Shown here: positions 11,840-25,900 of the stretch, one piece after another
Layout of the letters: every line of letters begins with the position of its first letter
How positions within the stretch are numbered: the stretch's first letter is position 1
Source of the DNA: Scyliorhinus canicula
Taxonomy: Eukaryota
DNA length: 64,000 nt
NCBI RefSeq assembly: GCF_902713615.1
Contig: NC_052172.1
Location: 12,752,185-12,816,184, forward strand
Reading direction: 5' to 3'
Notes under the pieces: generated by a model
The model's input: the letters and a program-made list of their open reading frames with translations, nothing else
The model's database searches: none
Told to the model about the DNA's origin: nothing
Program-made: the position numbers and the translations under genes

Positions 11840-13211
11840 AAAATAAATGATTAATTACACCAAGGTAGCAAACAATCCAACTTTAATCAATCATTAAAAA
11901 AAAACTTTTTCCTGAATCTTAAATCGGAATTGTAACAAACTTGCAGATTTTTGGAAAATATAGAATTTCTATTAAAAAAGGAAAGCATTTCAAGATAAGT
12001 TGTTGCAACTGTGGAGATTTGTGACGTGTCTGCAATTCTCACTTTCAGCGAGTTGATCTACGGGGTGGGCGGGTTCTGTGACGGAACAGGTACCTCAGTC
12101 ATCGTCAGTCGCACAGTCCAGTTTCCAAATATGGGTGGCCCCTGACACTTGTCCATCAAGCTGGTGATGAATACATCAGCAGGCTTACCCTGGTACCTCA
12201 CCCTGGCTGGTGGACTAAGCTAGAGCAAGGGTAGCAGCAGCAATGTCTGTTGTCCAGTGGGGGCGTTACTGCCCACAGTGCACGACGTCTAGAACTAGGA
12301 TAAAGGCAGCTGATCCCAGCAAGAGGCCAATGGATTGGAGGACAGGCACCAGCAAGATTTGCGACACACATCCGGGGGGCCACTCCCCCGACAGTGGACT
12401 GGTGACCTCGGAAGGATCACGGCGTGTCGTCCCATCTTCAGCAATAAAAGCCAACAGCAAAAATCGCTGATGCCCACAACAGAATCATTTTTAATCAGCG
12501 AGGGAATCCAGGGTTACGGGGATTAGGCGGGAAAGTGGAGCCGAGGATTATCACAGAAGATCGGTCATGGTCTCATTGAAATAATGGCGGGGCAGACTCG
12601 ATGGGCCGAATGGCTGACTGCTGCTCCTGTGTCGTTATGGCCGGACAGAAGCGGCTGGCGAAACATCGCGTCCCGATCCTCGGCAAGAGGGAGGAACCTC
12701 AAGGAGGAGGAGATCCCGAAGACTGCCTCCCTCCCTCTCCCCAAAACTGGAGATCCGTTTTTTTAAGTCTTCTGTAAGGGGAGGATTGGGGGGGAGCAGT
12801 TAATCTGCTTCTTCCCCCCAAGCCTGACCCAGGGAGTAGTGATTATTTACGAGAATGTTGGACACCCCCGGGACAGGCCTCCATCTTGGCGATGGGGCCA
12901 CCGGCAGTCAGGGTGGCAGCGACGGAAGGACAGATGCGAGTCTGGGACAGGACAGCAGCCTTCCTCTCCTCCCCCCCCCCCCCCCCCCCCACCACCACAA
13001 ACCCCCACTCCCAACCACCCCAGGGTCAGCCGAACGTCTTGCTCGGGCAGGGTTAATTGTGGAAAAGATTTCCCCCCCACCCCCCAAATCCACTGGGAAC
13101 ACGAGTGGAACTCCCAAGGCTTACTTAGAAAATTATAATTTCCCTCCCACACCCCCGCCCCCAAAGGCAGAGGAATGGTGAGGAAGGTTGTTTGGGGGGG
13201 GGGGGGGGGGG

Positions 13212-13243
<32 letters not shown>

Positions 13244-13421
13244 TAGACAGAGAAAGACACACAATGTACAACCGAGGGAGATTTCGGAGATCCTCCCGAG
13301 CGGTTGGATCAACAGGGGTGGATTAATGTGCAAAACATTTCCCAAATTGGGATTCCCTGCAAGCCCTCAGTCACTGGAGTACGAGGGACAGTCTCCTTGT
13401 GGCAGGCATTCTGGGCCATAG

Positions 13422-13478
13422 TTACCATGGATACGGGTGCTCCTTGGCCAGCCATGTCCCGATCTGATCATCAACTTT
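13422..13478 (-). CDS. PRSS16: PRSS16 exon 12 coding part ([18 protein letters not shown])
   Basis: Acceptor CTCCTTTTACAG; conserved terminal WL; TAA at 13424-13422. Confidence 0.85.
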   Translation of the reverse strand, partial: KVDDQIGTWLAKEHPYPW

Positions 13479-16400
13479 CTGTAAAAGGAGGTTGAAGGAG
13501 TTAAACCCATTCAAAAGTCACTTCTCAAATGTTGGAAACATGCAATTCCTCCCACCACCAAACCCAATATCTCCCGTTCCCAAAATAGTTCTGTTTTCAC
13601 AAAAAAAAATAGACTGCTCTCGTGACAAAGGTTTGGGCTGAGGAATGTGACACTTTGCATCTAACCCCGTGACGTACCTGTCCTGGGAGTGTTTGAAATG
13701 CAGAGTGAAGCTCCTTCTACACTGTCCCCATCAAATACTCCCAGGGCAGGTACAGCACAGTGTTAGATACAGAGTAAAAACTCCCTCTACACTGTCTCCA
13801 TCAAACACTCCCAGGACAGGTACAGCACGGGGTTAGATACAGAGTAAGTCTCCCTCTACACTGTCTCCATCAAACACTCCCAGGACAGGAACAGCACGGG
13901 GTTAGGTACAGAGTAAAGCTCCCTCTACACTGTCCCCATCAAACACTCCCAGGACAGGTACAGCACGGGGTTAGATACAGAGTAAGTCTCCCTCTACACT
14001 GTCTCCATCAAACACTCCCAGGACAGGAACAGCACGGGGTTAGGTACAGAGTAAAGCTCCCTCTACACTATCCCCATCAAATACTCCCAGGACAGGTACA
14101 GCACGGGGTTAGATACAGAGTAAAGCTCCCTCTACACTGTCCTCATCAAACACTCCCAGGACAGGTACAGCACGGGGTTAGATACAGAGTAAACCTCCCT
14201 CTACACTGTCCTCATCAAACACTCCCAGGACAGGTACAGCACGGGGTTAGGTACAGCGTAAAGTTCCCTCTACACTGTGTCCATCAAACACTCCCAGGAC
14301 AGGTACAGCACAGGGTTAGATACAGAGTAAAGCTCCCTCTACACTGTCCCCATCAAACACTCCCAGGACAGGTGCAGCACGGGGTTAGATACAGAGTAAA
14401 CCTCCCTCTACACTGTCCTCATCAAACACTCCCAGGACAGGTACAGCACGGGGTTAGATACAGAGTAAAGCTCCCTCTACACTGACCCCATCATACACTC
14501 CCAGGTCAGGTACAGCACGGGGTTAGATACAGAGTAAAGCTCCCTCTACACTGACACCATCATACACTCCCAGGACAGGTACAGCACGGGTTAGGTACAG
14601 AGTAAAAACTCCCTCCGTTCCCATCAGGCATGAACTCTTCTCCTATTCAGGTTTTAATCTACCTTCAATTTGCCCACCCTGCAGTCTGTGCTGTGCCCCC
14701 CCCACCCCACCTCCCGCACCCCACCTCCCGCACCCCACCTCCCGCACCCCACCCATTACCAGAGTGAACAAGTCCAAATTCATTCGCAAGAATTATGTCT
14801 GTTTGACCCATTGGTTTGGGCAAGGATCAAAGAGTTGAGCTACTTTGTCCGAAGCTCATGCTCGGGAATGGGAAGATCATCCATTCACACTGGAGTTTAG
14901 TCCGTTGCCCCCCCCGCCGCGCGCAGACGGAAGCGGTGTGTGGGCAGCTGAAAGGCTGGCGTCTCACCTGTCTGGCCTGTCGGAGAGAGGGCGGGTCTCC
15001 CTCCTCCTCAGGGTTCATGTTCGCACAGTGGGCGGTGCCGTTGATGATCAAGGCCACCTCCGACCTGGACTGGTTCTTCAGCACACTGAGAGCGTGCCAG
15101 GGGTCGATGTCACCTTTAGACGGAGATCACAGGAAACAAATTCAAACTCAAAACGCCGGGAGCACCAAGCTGACAGCAGCCACCACCTCAGCACCCGATG
15201 GCACCTTGCCCACACCCCCATGTCACACCCAGGTCACAGTGGGGATGCAGCAGGCCTCGGCCTGCCTCAGGCAGAGGGAGGCAAACACAAACACTCGGGG
15301 TTCGAGAGCCAGTGCATAATCCGAGGCCAGACTATGAGAAGCAGCCAATCACAGGGGGAAGATTTTTTAAAAAATAAATTTAGATTACCCAATTATTTTT
15401 TCCAATTAAGGGGCAATTTAGCGTGACCAATCCACCTACTCTGCACATTTTTGGGTTGTGGGGGCGAAACCCACGCAGACACGGGGAGAATGTGCAAACT
15501 CCACACGGACAGTGACCCAGAGCCGGGATCGAACCTGGGACCTCAGCGCCGTGAGGCGGTTGTGCTAACCACTAGGCCACCGTGCTGCCCCCACAGGGGG
15601 AAGATGATGGCGCAGTGGCAATGTCACAGGACTCGTAATCCAGAGTCCCCAGGCCTATGCTCCGTTTGACGGGTTCAAATCCCGCGAGGGTCGGTGGTGG
15701 AATTTAAATTCAGTGAATTAAATCTGGAATCGAAAACTCACCTCAGTAACGACGGCCACAAAGCCATCGATTGTCGCAAAACCCATCTGGTTCACTGAAG
15801 TCCCTTCAGGGAAGGGAATCTGCCGCCCTTACCCGGTCGGGCCTACACGTAACTCCAGACCCCACAGCGATGTGGTTGACTCTAACTGCCCCCCCTCTGA
15901 AATAGCCGCGTGGGACTCGAGCTCAAGGGAAATTAGGTGATGGGCAAATGGCGGCCTAGCCAGCTTCGTCCACATGGCAAAGCTGGAGTTTAAGGGACTC
16001 AACCCTTGTAGAATCGGACCTCAAGTCAGGCACCCCGCTATTGTTTCGAGCCAATGAGAATCTCTCTCATCCAACTTAGAAAGCAGACGGGGGCCTAAAT
16101 TTAGCATCTCACCCAAAACACAGCACCTCCAACAGTGCAGCACCCCCGGAGATATGCGCTGACGTCTTGGGAATGTGGAGCGAGCCATTCAGAGGCGTGA
16201 GAGCTCCCCGCCCCCCCCCCCCCCCCCCCCGCCATTGAACCAGAACTGGTACATGAGGAACCCAGTCCAGACTCGCGGTGAACTCCCGAGAGAGAGAGAA
16301 AGAGGCCTCAATCCCAGCCTGGGCTGAACTGGAGTCAGGATTGTGGTGGGAGGGAGGGAGTGCGGTTTGCTTGGCGGCCGTCTTACGGCTGTAGCCACTA

Positions 16401-16949
16401 ACTTTGCTTTTCCCCACATTCATATAGCGCCCGTGGCATTGTGAAAACATCCCGCCGGAGGGCAATCAGTCAAATTTTGACAAGGAGCCACGTACGATGC
16501 GAGGCGAGGTTTCGGAGAGAGCGTCCTGGGGTGGTATGATGCTGACACCATGTGGGTGGACCGGGTACTGCAATGGGTTGATGCTGAGGAAGCTAGGACA
16601 GGAATTCCAGAGGTTAGAGTCCCAGTAACTGTCGACGTTCAATATTACAATGTTGCCGATGTAGTAATATGGGAATAGGGCGAGAAAAATGTGACGAGAA
16701 CGGTTTGTGGAGGGTAAACGTCACTGATTGTTCGGGTCAAGTGGCTGCTTTCTGCGTCACGTTTCTCACCTTGCCAACTCCAGCCTCTCCTGCCCCCCCC
16801 CCCCCCCCCCCCCCCAACCACCACCACGTTCTGCTCTCTCAAGAGGCCACTTTCCCCTTGGCTCCCAGAATTTCAGAGTGTGGCAGGTCCCTGGGTCAGC
16901 AAGACGCTCAGTTGAGCACCGCCGATTGGCAGGGTGGCCAATAGTGCGG

Positions 16950-16980
<31 letters not shown>

Positions 16981-19900
16981 AGCACTCGTTGGCTGTTCGG
17001 ACACCAAGAAGCTCAGAGAAAGAAAGGGATCTTGGGGTGTTTGTCCACATATTGCCGAGGGTGGCAGGAAAGGTCAACAGGGTCATTAAGGCAGCAGACG
17101 GGACACTTGCCTTTATCAGTCGAGGCATAGATTACAAGAGCAGGGAGCTTATGTGGGAGCTGTACAAAACTTCAGTTCTGCCACAGCTGGAATAATGTGC
17201 GCAGTTCCGGTCACCGCACTATAGGATGTGATTAGGGCAGCACGGTAGCATTGTGGTTAGCACAATTGCTTCACAGCTCCAGGTTCCCAGGATCGATTCC
17301 CGGCTTGGGTCACTGTCTGTGCGGAGTCTGCACGTTCTCCCCGTGTCTGCGTGGGTTTCCTCCGGGTGCTCCGGTTTCCTCCCACCGTCCAAAGACGTGC
17401 AGGTTAGGTGGATTGGCCGTGATAAATTGCCCTTAGTGTTCAAAATTGCCCTTAGTGTTGGGTGGGGTTACGGGGATGGGGTAGGGTGCTCTTTCAAAGA
17501 GCCGGTGCAGACTCGATGGGCCGAATGCCCTCCTTCTGCACTGTAAATTCTATGATTCTATGTTTGTACTGGAGAGGGTGCAGAGGGGATTTACCAGGAG
17601 GTTGCCTGGGATGGAGCGTTTGAGCTATTGAGGCGCTGGTTAGGCTGAGGTTGTTTTGTTTGGAGCAGAGAAGGTGGAGGGGGAACCTGATTGAAGTGTA
17701 GCGGATTAGGAGGGGTATGGACAGGGTGGATAAGGAGCAGCTGTTCCCTTTAGTTGAAGCGTCAAGAACGAGGGGGCATACCTTTAAGGTGAGGAGGTGT
17801 TTTTAGAGGGGATTTGAGGAAAAACCTTTGCAGTCAAGAGGGTGATGGGAGTCTGGGGATGCACTGATTGGGGAGGGTAGTAGAGGTGGGGAAACCCTCA
17901 ATCTTTAAAAAGTGAACAAGCACTTAAAATGTCAAAACATTCAAGGCTATGGACCAAGGGCAGTAGTTGGTATAGATTACGTTTAGCCTGTTCAGTACAG
18001 ATTTGATGGGCCGAAGGGTGTAATGCATGACTCCATGATTCTGACTATTAGCCATCATGCGCCTCAGCGCCAACCTATTGCAGTACTCCGCTCAGCCACA
18101 CGGTGTCAGCAGCCAGAGGTGTGGGGCATGTTCCTCTAATATTCATTCATTGTCACGATGGGCGTCATTGGCAAGGTTGGCATTTATTGCCTGGCCTCAA
18201 GTGGTGGCGGTAATAAGGGGGGGGGGGGGGGGGGCGGGGGCGGCTGCTCTCGGCACCTCCTGCCCTCGTCTCAGGTTGGGAGGTTTTCAAAATGATAAAG
18301 GCCGTTGGTCGAGAGTTTTCACTGGGAGGGAGGTTGGTAGCCATGGAGATAGTTGGAGAGGAAAGAGTGAGGGGGGAAGCTCGGGAGGAACATTCTTTGA
18401 AGTGCAGGTTATGCTAATTCAAGGGCAATAGTGGCCAATTGAACAACATCTCCAAAAATATACTTGAAAACCAAAAATGAATTTGAAGAATTATGGGACT
18501 CGTGGATCGCTCTTTCAAAGAGCGAAAACACACACGGATCAAATAGTGTCTCCCACACCGTCAGAGTCCGAGTACGCATCCACTGCTCTTCCATCGGTCC
18601 CAGACTGATAAATATTAACATTCACACTTTACCGAGTTTTCCCGGGTCAACTTTTACATTAAAAAAAAAATCATTCGCAGGATGTGGGCGTCGTTAATTC
18701 AGGCCCAGCATTCGTTACCCAGCCATGGTTGCTCTTGGGAAGGTGGTGGCAAGTCGCCTTCCTGAACCGCTGCAATCCCCGAGGTGTAGGCATACCCACT
18801 GTGCTGTTAGGGAGGGAGTTCCAAGGTTTTGACCCAGCGACAGTGAAGGAGCGGCCGATATATTTCCAAGTCAGGGTGGTGAGTGACTCGAAGGGGAACC
18901 TCCAGGTGGTGGTGTTCCCAGGTATCTGCTGCTCTTCTCCTTCTAGATGGTAGTGGTTGCGTTTGGAAGGTGCTGCCTAAGGAGCCTTGGCGAGTTACTG
19001 CAGTGCATCTTGTAGATGGTACACACAACTGCTGTGTGTGGGTGGAGGGAGTGAATGTTTGCGGAAGGGGAGCAATCAACTAGGGGCTGCTTTGTCCTGG
19101 ATGGGGTGGAGCTTCTTTTATAAAATAATGTTCCCAATTAAAGGACAATTTAGCCTGGCCAATCCACCCACCCTGCACAGCTTTGGGTTAGAGATAGAGA
19201 AATACAGCACAGAACAGGCCCTTCGGCCCACGATGTTGCGCCGAACTTTTGTCCTAGGTTAATCATAGAATTTTGGGCAATTTAGCATGGCCAATCCACC
19301 CAACCTGCACATCTTTGGACTGTGGGAGGAAACCGGAGTACCCGGAGGAAACCCACGCACACACGGGGAGGATGTGCAGACTCCGCACAGACAGTGACCC
19401 AAGTCGAAATCGAACTGGGGACCCTGGAGCTGTGAAGCAATTGTGCTATCCACAATGCTACCGTGCTGCCCTTAAGAAGTTAATCTACACTCCATTATTC
19501 TACCCTAATCCATGTACCTATCCAATAGCCGCTTGAAGGTCCCTAACTTTTCCGACTCAACTACGTCCACAGGCAGTGCATTCCATGCCCCCACTACTCT
19601 CTGGGTAAAGAACCTGCCTCTGACATCCCCTCTATATCTTCCACCATTTATCTTAAATTTATGTCCCCTTGTAATGGTGTGTTCCACCCGGGGAAAAAGT
19701 CTCTGACTGTCTACTCTATCTATTCCCTTAATCATCTTATAAACCTCTATCAAGTCGCCCCTCATCCTTCTCCGTTCTAATGAGAAAAGGCCCAGCACCC
19801 TCAACCTTTCCTCGTATGACCTACTCTCCATTCCAGGCAACATCCTGGTAAATCTCCTTTGCACCTTTTCCAAAGCTTCCACATCCTTCTTAAAATGAGG

Positions 19901-22900
19901 TTGTGGTGGTGAGACCCACGCAGACACGGGGAGAATGTGCAAACTCCACACGGACAGTGACCCGGGGCCGGGATCAAACCAGAGTTCTCGGCGCCGTGAG
20001 ACAGCAGTGCTAACCACTGCGCCACCGTGCTGCCCCTATGTCGTGCTTCTTGGGAGTGTTGTTGGAGCTGCACTCATCCAGGCAATCGAGAGTATTCCAT
20101 CACACTCCCGACTTGTGCCTATTGAGCATCATTTCAACCCTTGATCCCTGCGCCTTCTGCTCTGCCTGAACCTTGTTAATTAGCCGACATCACAAGGAAA
20201 CATCATCTGCCCACCATCACATGGCGGAGCCTGTACACCGATTGGCTGCTGGGTTTCTGATACAGATATCCTGAGGTCACGAAAGGCTGCACAAATACAA
20301 GCCATTGTTTCCATTCAAATTTCTGTTCCTCTTTCATAGCCCAGTGGAAGCATTAACGGGGATAACATTTCCCAGAAATACATCAATGATTCACCTGCTG
20401 GGTATCTCCTGCATATTCCCGTTTTGACTTCAGATTGTCCAAACTTTAAGGGCAGCGCGGTGGCCTAGTGGTTAGCACAACCGCCTCACGGCGCTGAGGA
20501 CCCGGGTTCGAATCCCGGCCCTGGGTCACTGTCTGTGCGGAGTTTACACATTCTCCCCGTGTCTGCGTGGGTTTCGCCCCCACAACCCAAAGATGTGCAG
20601 GATAGGTAGATTGGCCACTCTAAATTGCCCCTTAATTGGAAAAAATTATTGGGTACTCTAAATTTATAAAAATAAAAAAAATAAAAAGATTGTCCAAACT
20701 TTTGCTGGGCTTCCCCTCAACCAGTTTGGCGTCAAGGTCAGTGTTCCCTTTCGATGGTGGGTGGCCATCCACATGATGTGCCCCGTGCAGTTCTGGTCGC
20801 CACACCATCGGAAGGCCGTGATTGCACTGGAGGGAGTGCAGAGGAGATTGACCAGGATGTTGCCCGGGCTGGAGCGTTTCAGCTATGCTGGTTAGGCTGG
20901 GGTCGTTCTCCTTCGAGCAGAGCAAACTGAGGGGGGGGCGCTGATTGAGGTGTACAAAATTACACAGGGCATAGATTAAAAGAAGCTTTTCCCTTTAGTA
21001 GAGGGGTCAATACCAGGAGGCTTGGATATAAAGATTAAGAGGCAGGAGTTTTAAGAGGGTTTTCAGGAAAAACCTTTTCGCCCAGAGGATGATGGGAGTG
21101 TGGAACTGGCTGCCTGAAAGGGCCGAGGAGGCGGGAACCCTGACAGCGTTTAAGAAGCATTTAGAGGAGTGCTTGAAACATCACCGCGTCCAAGGCTGGG
21201 GACCGAGTGCTGCAAAATGGGATTAGAGTAGATTGGTGGTTGATGGCCGGCAGGGACAGGATGGGCTGAAGGGCCTCATTCGGTGCTGTAAAGCTCATTG
21301 AGAAGGTCCGTCAACAATATTTGAAGTTGGGCGGCACGGTGGCACAGTGGTTAGCATTGCTGCCTACGGCGCTGAGGACCCGGGTTCGAATCCCGGCCCT
21401 GGGTCACTGTCTGTGAGGAGTTTGCACATTCTCCCCGTGTCTGCGTGGGTTTCACCCCCACAACCCAAAGATGTGCAGGTTAGGTGGATTGGCCACATTA
21501 AATTGCCCCTTAATTGGAAAAAATGAATTGGATATTCTAAATTTATAAAAAAAAACAATATTTGAAGTTACCCCACATCCAAGTGAACAGACCATACACA
21601 AGGGAAAAAAAAACTGAAGGAACTTTTGCTGACAGTCCCTTCCCACACGAGCATCATCCGTCAACCCCTGACCTCCCGCGATCGGGGTCACGAACCCCGC
21701 CCGGGCTCACGCCACCCTTTCAAGCCCCCCTCCCCGCCCCCCATCCCCACCAGCTTCTTACCGTTGACAAAGATGACGCGGCTTGATGCAGGGTGGTCGG
21801 CGCCGTAATAGTCGTTGGTGAAGTTGACGGCGCCCTGTACGTTGCCCGGGTCAATACCAAACACCTGGACACAGATGGCCACCTGCGATCGCAGCGTCAG
21901 CCAGCGAGAGAGTGGGCAGCCCTTGTCCTCACACGTCTGGTCTGGGGAAACAAGGGGGGGTGGGGGGGGGGGAGGAGAAGACAGTGAGCCGGACAGCCCG
22001 GACTGAGATTGGTCCCCCCAAAATATTCCAGACTTAAAATATATTCAGCAAAGGAGCACCCACAACCCATTGAGGGGGGGGGGGGGGGAGAATCTCAGAG
22101 ATTCTCAATCTTTTAAGCGAGAAATTTCTCCTCATCAGAGTCCAAAATGGCCGACTCCTTATCCCAAGATGGAGCCCCCCCCACCCCCCCCGCTCTGGAC
22201 TCAGCCGATTGGGAGGGGGGGGGGGGGGGGGGGAAGAGAGACAATCTCTCAGATCTACCCGGTCAACCCCCTTCAGAATCTTGGGATGTCTCAACGGGAT
22301 CGCCACTAAATCCCCCTCAACCCCAGGTGATATGAACCCAATTTACTCAGCCTCTCGTCGGGCAACCCCCTCGCCCCAGGGGACAATCTGGTGAACCTTT
22401 GCTCTCCTGCCGCCGACGATTTAGGGTAACAGCACAGATTGATCACTCGCCGCGGGAGGGAGGGAACGGTGGAAGAGCTTACAGTAACCAAACTCGGCGC
22501 AGGTCTGGTAATACCACTGACGCAGTCCCACTCCAAACGGTTTCACCTCGGTGCTCCGCAGCTGCTCCAGAACGTTCCGGTGAGAGTTGTCCACACACGG
22601 CAATCCCATTACATCCATGTATTTCTGAAAATTGAAGAGGTCAAAACTGTAGCCTGGAACTGGAGGTCAACACATTGCAGAGGGTGGGGGTCCCTTTTAT
22701 CCGGGCCTTTGGGGGGGGGGGGGGGGGGGCAAGTGGCCTCAGCTCCTATTCTTGGGATATCACCTCACTGTCACCCCAACACAACCCCCCCACCCCACAA
22801 TGCATACTGCCCCCCCCCCCAGCCATCCCACCTCCCCTGCCCTGCCCCCTCCCACCTTTCCCTGCCCCCTCCCCCGGCCATCCCACCTCCCCTTCCCTGC

Positions 22901-25900
22901 CCCCTCCCATCCCACCCTTCCCTGCCCCTTCCCCCGGCCATCCCACCACCCATTCCCTGCCCCCGGCTATCCCACCCCCCCCTGTCCCTGCCCCCTCCCC
23001 CGGCCATCCCACCTCCCCTTCCCTGCCCCCTCCCATCCCACCCTTCCCTGCCCCCGTCCTGGCTATCCCACCCCCCCTTCCCTGCCCCCGCCCTGGCTAT
23101 CCCACCCCCCCATCCCTGCCCCCTCCCCCGGCCATCCCACCCCCCCTTCCCTGCCCCCGCCCCCGGCCATCCCACCCCCCCTTCCCTGCCCCCGCCCTGT
23201 CTATCCCACCCCCCCCCATCCCTGCCCCCTCCCCCGGCCATCCCACCTCCCCTTCCCTGCCCCCTCCCCCGGCCATCCCACCCCTCCCTGCCCCTCCCCC
23301 GGCCATATCACCCCCTTTCCCTGCCCCCCACCCCCTGCGGCCAACCCACCCACCTTCCATGCCCCTCCCCCGGCCATTCAAACCCCACCTCCTTCACTGC
23401 CTCCCTCCTCCTGGCTATCTCCCCCCCCCCCCCCCCCAGCCATCCAACCACCCCACCCTCCCCTCCCTGGCCTTCACTGCACCCTCCCCCCTCCCCCTCC
23501 CAGTTACCTTGTTGAGGACAGTCAGCCTCCGGTAGGTGGACCCCAGGCTCTGATTGGTCATGATCCGGCACAAGTTGGCGATGTCGCTGCCCGGCTCCTC
23601 CGCGTTGTATTGGACGGTTCCCATGACGATGTCAGCCAGGTTGCCGGCGAACTCACCCCGGTCGCCGCTCCCGTTCAGCTTCTGGCACGACCGGAAGTCG
23701 GCCTCCAGTCCGGAGGTGTTGCCTCGGGCCAGGATCCGGTCCAGCCGGGAGAAGGCCTGTGCCACGGCCGTCCGGCACTGCCGGGGGGTGGAGAGAAACC
23801 AGCGGCAAGTCAGCAAGAACTAGGCCCCAATCCCGTCCTGCCCACCCTCAAAGAAGCAGCTGGAATGGAGGGACTGCCCCACCTGACTCTCGGCCCATCA
23901 CCACCAAGACGGGTCAGGACGAAAGTGGGAGGGTGTCAGGAGGAAGGGCCTCACATTCTAGATCTGGAGGAACAGGAATTTTCACCCCATCAACGCTGAA
24001 CCCCACAGGTACCTGCTGCAGCCCTGAGAAAGTCACAACAGGCCCTGGGGGAGGTAATTCCCACACGTGGCTCAGGGTGAGCGAGGGGGAGCGCAGAGGG
24101 GAGGTAAGCGTGGGGCAGCGCATTGCTCCGATATACCCAAATCCATTCATACCTTCAAAGATCCCCCAACCACTGGGTTCGATAGACTCCTCGAAACCAC
24201 CTGTAGGATAGAAAACAGAAATGTCAGGGCAGCACGGTGGCCTAGTGGTTAGCACAACCGCCTCACGGCGCTGAGGTCCCAGGTTCGATCCCGGCTCTGG
24301 GTCACTGTCCGTGTGGAGTTTGCACATTCTCCCCGTGTCTGCGTGGGTTTCACCCCCACAACCCAAATATGTGCAGGGTAGGTGGATTGGCCACGCTAAA
24401 TTGCCCCTTAATTGGAAAAATAATTGGGTAATCTAAATTTTAAAAAAAAAGAAAACAGAAATGTCAAACGGGGGCAGGGGGCACCCTGAACACGTCCCCC
24501 AGGAATGACCATCACCTCCACAACCCTCACACAGGAATGACCCCAAACAGGAATCTCTCAATCTCTGGTCAAGGTGTAGCTGCCCAGGGAGTGTTTGATG
24601 GGGACAGTGTGGAGGGAGCTTTACTCTGTATCTAACCCCGTGCTGTACCTGTCCTGGGAGTGTTTGATGGGGACAGTGTAGAGGGAACATAGAATTTACA
24701 CTACAGAATGAGACCCTTGGCAAGAGCACCCCATTTAAGCCCCAAACCTCCACCCTATCCCCGTAACCCAGTCTAACCTTTTTTGGACACTAAGGGGCAA
24801 TTTATCATGGCCAATCCACCTAACCTGCACATCTTTGGACTGTGGGAGGAAACCGGAGCACCCGGAGGAAACCCACACGGACACGGGGAGAACGTGCAGA
24901 CTCCACACACACAGTGACCCAAGATAGGAATCGAACCTGGGACCCAGGCGCTCTGAAGCAACTGTGCTAACCACTGTTCCCCTGCTGCCGGTAGAGGGAG
25001 CTTTATTCTGTAACTAACCCCATCAGGAGTGAGGGGCAGACCGCGTCAATTCAATTGCTGACACACATTGCAGCTTGGGGAAAGGGGGGGGGGGGGGGCG
25101 GAGTGGGTGAAGGAGCTGTGACGCTGACGGTGAATCTTACCTCATTGTAACCTGTGAAATCCAGTTGGGCCCGGACTGGAGCAGATGAGGCCACAGCAGC
25201 AAACACCAAGTGAGGGAACTATTGGAAAAGGATAGTCAAGAGATAGGTTTACATCAGAACTGATCGCTGTTTACTCCAGAACAAGCCCAAGCCCCCTCCC
25301 CCCTCACAAATGTTTCCTTTACCTCACCCAAAGTCCCGGACATACTCTCTCATACAGTCGGTGACTGGAGTCGACGTTACTCACACAATTTTAATATTTT
25401 CTTTATTCAGTAAAATCCAGTAATCATCGCTGACTAGGCCGGTGTGTTTATTGCCCTTCTCTAATTGCCCCTCCAGAAGTTGGTGGCGAGCCACCTGCTT
25501 GAGCCGCTGCAGTGCACGTGGTGTAGGTACACCCACAGTGCTGTTAGGGAGGGGGTTCCAGGATATTGACCCAGCGACAGTGAAGGGACGATATATTTCC
25601 AAGTCAGGGTGGTGATCAACTTGGAGGCCAACCTCCAGGTGGCAGTGTTCCCAGGTATCTGCTGCCCTTGCCCTCCTCGAGGGTGGGTGATCACGTGTTT
25701 GGAAGGTGCTGTTGAAGGAGCCTTGCAAGATGCTGCCATTAATCTTCTATATGGTGCACACCGCGCTGGTGAAGAAGGGAGCGATATTTAAGGTGGGGGA
25801 TTGGGTCCCGATCAAACAGGCTACTTTGTCTGAATGGTGTCGAGCTCGTGTTTCACAGAAACATAGAAGGAGGCCGCTATTCGGCCCTTCAAGCCTGCTC

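Noticed and set aside
22439-23999. Pro-rich plus-strand ORFs
   Set aside because: C-rich intronic repeat plus the antisense of PRSS16 exons.
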